Positions 58,470-64,000 of a DNA stretch of 64,000 bases are shown in pieces. Where the stretch lies: contig CAZEXP010000002.1 of assembly GCA_964516845.1 (NCBI GenBank), positions 61,477 to 125,476 of the forward strand, given 5' to 3'. Within the stretch, counting starts at the first letter, position 1, and each line of letters starts with the position of its first letter. This DNA is from an uncultured bacterium. Its GTDB lineage: Bacteria > Joyebacterota > Joyebacteria > Joyebacterales > Joyebacteraceae. Below the pieces are notes generated by a model. The model searched no databases, was not told the DNA's origin, and saw nothing but the letters and a program-made list of their open reading frames with translations. A program made the position numbers and the translations under genes.

Positions 58470-59648
58470 TCACATCTTGTCGAGGCGTCGACCATCGAGC
58501 GCGAGGTAGTGGTCGTGCGCCGCGCAGGTCAGGCACGAGTGGACGGGTGAGACGAGCAGGACGTCGCCCACGGCAACGCGCTCCATGACATCCGACGGCG
58601 CCCGGATGACGCCGTGTTCCTGCGAGAGACGGACGACCGGAGCGTCGAGGCGCAGCCGGCCGAGCCCCTGCTCGCCCGGCTCGACGAGACAGCCGTACGT
58701 CTCCCCGACGCCCGCTCCCGGCTGCCGCGCGTCCTTGCGTGACGACGCGGACAGATGGATGGCGCCGCCGTAGACAACGACCTCGCCACGCTCGGGATAC
58801 CGGCCGATGACCGGACACGCGACGGCAACGGCCAGGTCGTCCTCGCCGCACGAGCCGATATCGAGCTGCATGAGATCGTAGAAGATGAAGTTCCCGGGGC
58901 GGATCTCATCGACACCGTTCATCATCGCCGCCAGGCTCGCGCTCGGCGTATCGCCGACCGATACCTCGAGCCGGGAGGACTCCGGGCGGAACTCCGCGAC
59001 CACGGAACATGCGGCCGCCATCCTCTCGAGCGACTCCGCGTGAACTCGACGCACGTCGTGCGGGGACTCCGCCGCGTAGCTCCGTCCTTCGTGCGTGAGG
59101 ATTCCTGCGAGCGAGACCGACCCGGCCGCTCCGATGGCGGTCGCCACCCGCGTCAACCCCGCTGGATCGTCCCACGGCACACCCGATCTTGCATATCCGC
59201 AATCAACCTTGATCCAGACAACGACACCGGGCAGCTCACCCGCGGCTAGCGGGGCGACGGCCTCAATGGAATCCACAAGCACGCCGAGTTTCATGCGCGA
59301 CGCGGCACGCCCCGCCTGCGGCCCGACGTCCGGACGCGCGAGCGCGCGGAGGTCATCGAGCTGCCGAAGATTGAGGGGAACGGCCAGCGTGATGTCATCC
59401 CATCCGCATTCCGCGAAGTAGGTCGCCATCCTCACGGACGAGACCGTGCACGCCGAGACCCCACGCTCACGAAAGAGTGCCCCGATATCCGCGGACTGGT
59501 GCGTCTTGAAGTGCGGACGAAAGCGAACGTCCCAGCCGCTCGCGCGCGCGAGCATCCGTTCGAGATTGGACTCGGCGCGTCGAACATCGACGACGAGCGT
59601 CGGGGCGCTGACACACTCGAGTGTCTCACAGGTCCGCAGGGCGGTCAC
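58470..59648 (-). CDS. D-TA family PLP-dependent enzyme (alanine-racemase-N domain; D-threonine aldolase / D-serine dehydratase-like)
   Basis: 'RFRPHFKTHQS' contains the PLP-Lys region, and a C-terminal D-TA-type domain is present. Confidence 0.65.
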   Translation of the reverse strand: MTALRTCETLECVSAPTLVVDVRRAESNLERMLARASGWDVRFRPHFKTHQSADIGALFRERGVSACTVSSVRMATYFAECGWDDITLAVPLNLRQLDDLRALARPDVGPQAGRAASRMKLGVLVDSIEAVAPLAAGELPGVVVWIKVDCGYARSGVPWDDPAGLTRVATAIGAAGSVSLAGILTHEGRSYAAESPHDVRRVHAESLERMAAACSVVAEFRPESSRLEVSVGDTPSASLAAMMNGVDEIRPGNFIFYDLMQLDIGSCGEDDLAVAVACPVIGRYPERGEVVVYGGAIHLSASSRKDARQPGAGVGETYGCLVEPGEQGLGRLRLDAPVVRLSQEHGVIRAPSDVMERVAVGDVLLVSPVHSCLTCAAHDHYLALDGRRLDKM

Positions 59649-60925
59649 GCTGCGCTCCCATCGCGGTCATCCCGGCCGCCGTGCGGGCGCGAACCGGTAC
59701 CCTGCGCCGTACGCGTCGCCGTGGATGGCGCCGTACGCGTCGCAGAGGGCGCCGTGCGCGGCTCCATGTAGTCCGGGCGACTCCACGGTCTGCCTCTGTG
59801 ATAGAACACGCGGTCCGCCCAGACCATGAGCGACTGGTGTGGCCCTGGAATCCCGGCAACGGTTGCCATCAGCCGATGAATCCACGTGGGCGGCTTCGTC
59901 CACGGGCAGTTGACCATGCAGAGCGAGCAATCGGTCCCGACGGCCTGCCAGAACCGGTAGCATTTCTCCTCGTCGAGCTTCCACTTCATGATCCCGTTGT
60001 GTTCGGTCTTCCCACCGGTCGGGATGGCGCCGGACGGACACTTCTCCGCGCAGAGCCTGCACCGCTCGCAGAACGACTGCGCTCCGATATCGACCGGTCC
60101 GTCGTGTGCGAGCGGCATGTCCGTCGTGACGGTCGCCAGCCGGAGCCCGAGACCGAGTTCCTTCGTGATGAGGAATCCCGCGCGGGAGAGCTCGCCAAGT
60201 CCGCAATCGACGGCGACCGGAACCGCGATGACGCGATAGTTGTAAACGTGGTGCGCGCGCGCCGAGTAGCCGAGCCGCCGGATGAAGTCCGCCACGTTCA
60301 CGGCGACCCACGCCCCTCTCCCGTACCCCTCGGCCGTCGCCACAATCGTCGGGAAGTCCGGCGCGCTCTGGATGAGGCTGTAGTCCATCTGAAGACCGAA
60401 CGAAATGGCGTTCGTATGGTGGCTGATATCGACCGGCGACCCTCGCTCCGCTCGGTCACCGGTTTCGCCGAATGCGCGGCCGACATGCGAATAGACCCAC
60501 TCCTGACGGAGCGGGCCGGTCCCTACAAGATCGGCGCCCATGAGCCGCGCGAACGCCTTCACCTTCGCGGCCGCCTGAGCCGGCGTCATCTCCACGCGCT
60601 CGGCGGCCGGTTCACCATCGACGAACGACTCCGACGCAAGCCGCGCCGCCGCCGCGAACGGCACCTGGTACATGGGCGCGTCGACGCCGGCTGTCGAGCC
60701 GAGGCCGTAGTTCGCGCCGATCTTCACGTCATACTCAAGGTGCTCGGGATGTCTCTCGTAGTACTCGCGGGCCTCTTCGCTGTCGATCCCGTAGCGAAGA
60801 TGGAGGTCCGTGCGCGCGAACAGAACATCGCGCTCGTCCCAGCGCTCCGCGTCACCGACGCGGTCTCGCTCGTAGGTCGCCTTCCCCGGTCTTCTTCTCC
60901 AGTCCAGAAGCCGGCCCAGACCCAT
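59645..60925 (-). CDS. RdhA/QueG-superfamily iron-sulfur protein (reductive-dehalogenase-like)
   Basis: 'GLGELSRAGFLITKELGLGLRLATVTTDMPL' is followed by two 4Fe-4S motifs: 'CERCRLCAEKCP' and 'CSLCMVNCPW'. Confidence 0.6.
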   Translation of the reverse strand: MGLGRLLDWRRRPGKATYERDRVGDAERWDERDVLFARTDLHLRYGIDSEEAREYYERHPEHLEYDVKIGANYGLGSTAGVDAPMYQVPFAAAARLASESFVDGEPAAERVEMTPAQAAAKVKAFARLMGADLVGTGPLRQEWVYSHVGRAFGETGDRAERGSPVDISHHTNAISFGLQMDYSLIQSAPDFPTIVATAEGYGRGAWVAVNVADFIRRLGYSARAHHVYNYRVIAVPVAVDCGLGELSRAGFLITKELGLGLRLATVTTDMPLAHDGPVDIGAQSFCERCRLCAEKCPSGAIPTGGKTEHNGIMKWKLDEEKCYRFWQAVGTDCSLCMVNCPWTKPPTWIHRLMATVAGIPGPHQSLMVWADRVFYHRGRPWSRPDYMEPRTAPSATRTAPSTATRTAQGTGSRPHGGRDDRDGSAA

Positions 60926-62088
60926 TATCGCTCCCGCGGCTCGCCACCGACCGCGTCGATGAGGAACGCGCCGATGTCCGTGTTGTCGATGATGCCGCCC
61001 AGCGCGGCGCTGCCGGGACCGTACGAGAGTACCGGGACCATGGCGGCGGTATGACTCCCCGAACTCCATCCGACGGGCCCCAGCCAGTCATCCGGGACGG
61101 ACCCCTCGTCGAGGGTAAGTCCGCCGGTCTCGTGGTCGGCCGTCATCACGACGAGCGTCTGTCCGTCACGCTCCGCGAAGTCGAGCGCGGCGCCGACGGC
61201 CTCGTCGAAGTCCGCCATCTCCTCGAGGAGCCACTGCTTGTCGTTCTCGTGTCCCGCCCAGTCGATCTGCGATCCCTCGATCATGAGGAAGAATCCGTCG
61301 GCGTCTCTCGAGAGGATATCGAGAGCGCGCCGCGAGAGATCCGCCAGCGGCACCGGCCGGCTGTCCGCCGTCGCTGGGTGCTCCTTCGCGTAGAGGAAGG
61401 CGGCCGCGTCAACGTCGCCCATCGTCTCGAACTCCTCGACGCTCCGCGCGACGACGAGACGCGCCTCCATGTCGGAGAGAAGATCTCGGCCGTCGGTCCG
61501 CGTTCCACCGGACCCGGTCGGTGTGAAGTAGCCGGCGCCGCCGCCGAAGAGAACGTCGACGTCGCTGGCCGCGATCTGCTCGGCGATATCGTGGTATCGG
61601 TCGCGACGATCGATGTGTGACACGAAGACCGCGGGAGTCGCGTGCGTGATCGAGCACGTCACGACGAGCCCCGTCGCCATTCCGTTCTCCTCCGCGTATT
61701 CGAGCGCCGTCTTGAGGATGGCGCCCTCGGGTGTGACCGAGATGGAACCATTGGCGGTCTTGGAACCGGTCGCGAGCGCTGTCCCGCTCGCTGCCGAATC
61801 GGTGACGAAGGAGCCGTCGGGGAACGTCGTGCAGATACCGCCGTACGGAAACCGCTCCATCTCAAGGTCGCCGAAAGCGACCTTGGCGGCCGTCACATGC
61901 GCCACTCCCATCCCATCCCCGATGAGGAAGATCACGTTCTTCGGCCTCTCTCCGCCTTCGACGCACCCCGCTGTCACAAGCACGGCTGCCAGAAGCAACG
62001 CCGTGAGCAGACACCGCGCGACCGACCGGTACTGCACTGTCGACCGGATCGCTCGATCACTGCTCGTTCTCATCGTGGTGTTCCTCAT
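60925..62088 (-). CDS. Alkaline phosphatase (PhoA family), lipoprotein
   Basis: 'VIFLIGDGMG', a 'DSAASGTA' active-site Ser region and a lipobox 'LVTAGC' are present. Confidence 0.85.
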   Translation of the reverse strand: MRNTTMRTSSDRAIRSTVQYRSVARCLLTALLLAAVLVTAGCVEGGERPKNVIFLIGDGMGVAHVTAAKVAFGDLEMERFPYGGICTTFPDGSFVTDSAASGTALATGSKTANGSISVTPEGAILKTALEYAEENGMATGLVVTCSITHATPAVFVSHIDRRDRYHDIAEQIAASDVDVLFGGGAGYFTPTGSGGTRTDGRDLLSDMEARLVVARSVEEFETMGDVDAAAFLYAKEHPATADSRPVPLADLSRRALDILSRDADGFFLMIEGSQIDWAGHENDKQWLLEEMADFDEAVGAALDFAERDGQTLVVMTADHETGGLTLDEGSVPDDWLGPVGWSSGSHTAAMVPVLSYGPGSAALGGIIDNTDIGAFLIDAVGGEPRER

Positions 62089-62222
62089 CGCGGTCTCCGT
62101 TCAGGGATTCGTTCAGTGCGGCTCACCGAGCCACACGGGCCGAGCATCACATCGAGAGTAAGCCCACGGCGGAGCGACGGCAAGCGTCGAGTGCCGGCAT
62201 TCTGACGAACTCAGGGGGATCG

Positions 62223-62720
62223 TCAGACACCGAGATCCAGTTCGAAGAACGAGGCTCCGGCGATGGGATTCGGCCGGTAGGGTGGGATTTCCACGAAGCC
62301 GAGCGATGTGTAGAGGGCGATCGCGACCGTCATCGTGTCGATCGTGTCGAGCCGCATCCGCGCGTATCCGCGCTCCCGCGCCTCGCCGATGACGGCCGCG
62401 GCCAGCGTCCTGCCGACGCCGTGCCTGCGGCGCCCCGGGCGGACATACATGCGCTTCAGTTCGCAACACGCCTCACCCAGCGAGCGAAGCCCGACGCAGC
62501 CGACCGGTTCCCCGTCGATCTCGGCCAGAAGCAGCGCGCCCCCGGGCGGCGCGTACGCGCCCGGGAGCGTTGCGAGCTCCAGATCGAAGTCCTGGAAGTC
62601 CAGTTCGAAGCCGAGCGTCCCGGCATACTCCTCGAAGAGCTCGCGAACGACCCGCAGGTCCGACGCATCGGCCGTCCTGATCGCGACGCCGCCGGCGCCC
62701 TCACCATCTGACGACATCAC
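62223..62720 (-). CDS. GNAT family N-acetyltransferase
   Basis: 'RRHGVGRTL' is the acetyl-CoA-binding motif A. The product is 165 aa. Confidence 0.75.
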   Translation of the reverse strand: MMSSDGEGAGGVAIRTADASDLRVVRELFEEYAGTLGFELDFQDFDLELATLPGAYAPPGGALLLAEIDGEPVGCVGLRSLGEACCELKRMYVRPGRRRHGVGRTLAAAVIGEARERGYARMRLDTIDTMTVAIALYTSLGFVEIPPYRPNPIAGASFFELDLGV

Positions 62721-62732
62721 GACCCTCCTGGT

Positions 62733-63542
62733 CTACTTCCCGGACGCCTCGTAGTACCGGAGCGCTTCCGGCATGAACCTGTTGATATCGACGACCCTCG
62801 TCGCCGGTTCCGGATGCGTGGACAGGAACTCCGGCGGACGGGGCCCGCCCAGTTCGGCCATCCGGGTCCAGAACGGGACGGCGGCCCGCGGGTCATAGCC
62901 GGCCTGGGCCATGAGGATGAGCCCGATGTGGTCGGCCTCCTTCTCATGCGTCCTGCTGTACGGAAGGATGACGCCGAGCTGGGCGCCCACGCCGTATGCC
63001 AGCATCATCCATCCCTGCGTCTCGCTCGGCTTCTCCTGGATGGCGCGTGAGAGCGCCATCCCTCCGAGCTCCGTGAGGAGGATCTGGCTCATCCGTTCGG
63101 AGGAGTGCCTCGCCAGCGCGTGCGCCACCTCATGACCTATGACGACCGCCAGCTGATTCTCGTCCTCCGCGACCGGGATAATACCCGTGTACACCACGAT
63201 CCTTCCCCCGGGCATGCAGAACGCGTTGATGGTCTCATCGTCGTCAACGACCGTGAACCGCCAGTCGTAGAACCGGAGATCGGAAGCCATATCGAGGTCT
63301 GTCAGGAACTTCTCCGCGGACGTGGCCACGCGCTGACCGATGCGGCTGACCAGCGCGTTCGCGGCCGGGTCGTTCGACACGGTGACGGTTCCGAGGAACT
63401 CGTCGTAGTTCTGAGCCGCCGCCGCGACCATGTCTGCCTCGGGAACGAGCGCCAGCTGTGTTCGACCCGTCATCGGGACGGTAGCGCAGCCTACGGAGAG
63501 CAGCGAGACGGCTACGAGAGCGACGAAAGCGCGAATTCTCAT
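62733..63542 (-). CDS. M48-family zinc metallopeptidase, lipoprotein
   Basis: 'VIGHEVAHALARH' is an HExxH motif in an M48 fold. A signal peptide with lipobox 'LSVGC' is present. Confidence 0.75.
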   Translation of the reverse strand: MRIRAFVALVAVSLLSVGCATVPMTGRTQLALVPEADMVAAAAQNYDEFLGTVTVSNDPAANALVSRIGQRVATSAEKFLTDLDMASDLRFYDWRFTVVDDDETINAFCMPGGRIVVYTGIIPVAEDENQLAVVIGHEVAHALARHSSERMSQILLTELGGMALSRAIQEKPSETQGWMMLAYGVGAQLGVILPYSRTHEKEADHIGLILMAQAGYDPRAAVPFWTRMAELGGPRPPEFLSTHPEPATRVVDINRFMPEALRYYEASGK

Positions 63543-63823
63543 GGGCTTCCCCCCTGTCCGGGACTCCTGTGGCTTGACTGCACGGTCTCCCGGCCTCTCG
63601 CCGTGACACAGGCAATGAGCGCGAAGAGGAAGAAGATGAGAAGCAGCGTCACGAACACAGCGGGCCCCCTTCGGGACAGCTCCGGTCAGCAGAACCGGGC
63701 AGAAACGCGTGTCGAAAGAGGTGTACCGCAGATGGGACGCCCTGCCAAGCACGAACGTCTGTGTGACAGGTCGGGGGCCCGTGTCGCGAAGGATCGGGCA
63801 TGGGATGGAGCACGATTCAGGGG

Positions 63824-64000
63824 CTACTCGACCATCTCCCGGAACAGGACCCAGCTGCCGCCCCGCTCCTTCCGGCCCCTCGGGGCCCGGTCGTAGTACA
63901 GCTCGAAGAGATGGCCGCTCTCGGTGCGAACGAGGAAGTAGTCGCGACCGACGCCCCACGAGCCTCGGCTCGCGGCGGCCGCGGCGTGCGAAGGCCGCAT
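63824..64000 (-). CDS. Small hypothetical ORF, possibly truncated at window edge
   Basis: An ATG lies at the last 3 nt of the window and TAG at 63824 ('MRPSHAAAAASRGSWGVGRDYFLVRTESGHLFELYYDR...'). It cannot be verified. Confidence 0.25.
   Translation of the reverse strand: MRPSHAAAAASRGSWGVGRDYFLVRTESGHLFELYYDRAPRGRKERGGSWVLFREMVE

Overview
High-GC (~68%) bacterial chromosomal window, almost entirely coding, with most genes on the minus strand. The left end carries a conserved housekeeping cluster: dnaB, a family-4 UDG, coaBC, rpoZ, gmk, a remA-like gene and yicC, with an rqcH/NFACT gene divergent from it. Next comes a ferredoxin:thioredoxin-reductase-like/rubredoxin fusion beside a glutaredoxin-like gene. 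Five secreted proteins carry the T9SS 'Por_Secre_tail' C-terminal sorting domain: a papain-like protease, a gluzincin metalloprotease, a BNR-like beta-propeller protein, an FG-GAP/LamG protein and a beta-helix protein. This argues for a high-GC FCB-superphylum lineage, possibly Gemmatimonadota or an Eisenbacteria-like candidate phylum (inference). A long co-directional alpha-mannoside/N-glycan utilisation array lies between 19 and 29 kb: two GH38 alpha-mannosidases, GH130, a CBM9-like protein and an SSS transporter. Also present are a tricorn-like S41 protease, a MacB/LolDE-type ABC pair, a TrmB regulator upstream of a PDZ plus novel ~27-aa repeat secreted protein, and a run of small enzymes (VOC, O-MTase, DUF72, 2H ligase, nitroreductase, CDF). 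Further right are sirtuin, glnS, a HAL/PAL-family ammonia-lyase with an unusual Ala-Cys-Gly MIO triad, an RdhA/QueG-superfamily Fe-S protein cluster, alkaline phosphatase, a GNAT and an M48 peptidase. No rRNA, tRNA, CRISPR or mobile elements were recognised. The most notable oddities are two conserved genes whose homologous N-termini begin at SD-preceded CTG codons, and a beta-helix T9SS cargo gene split by a single in-frame TGA.
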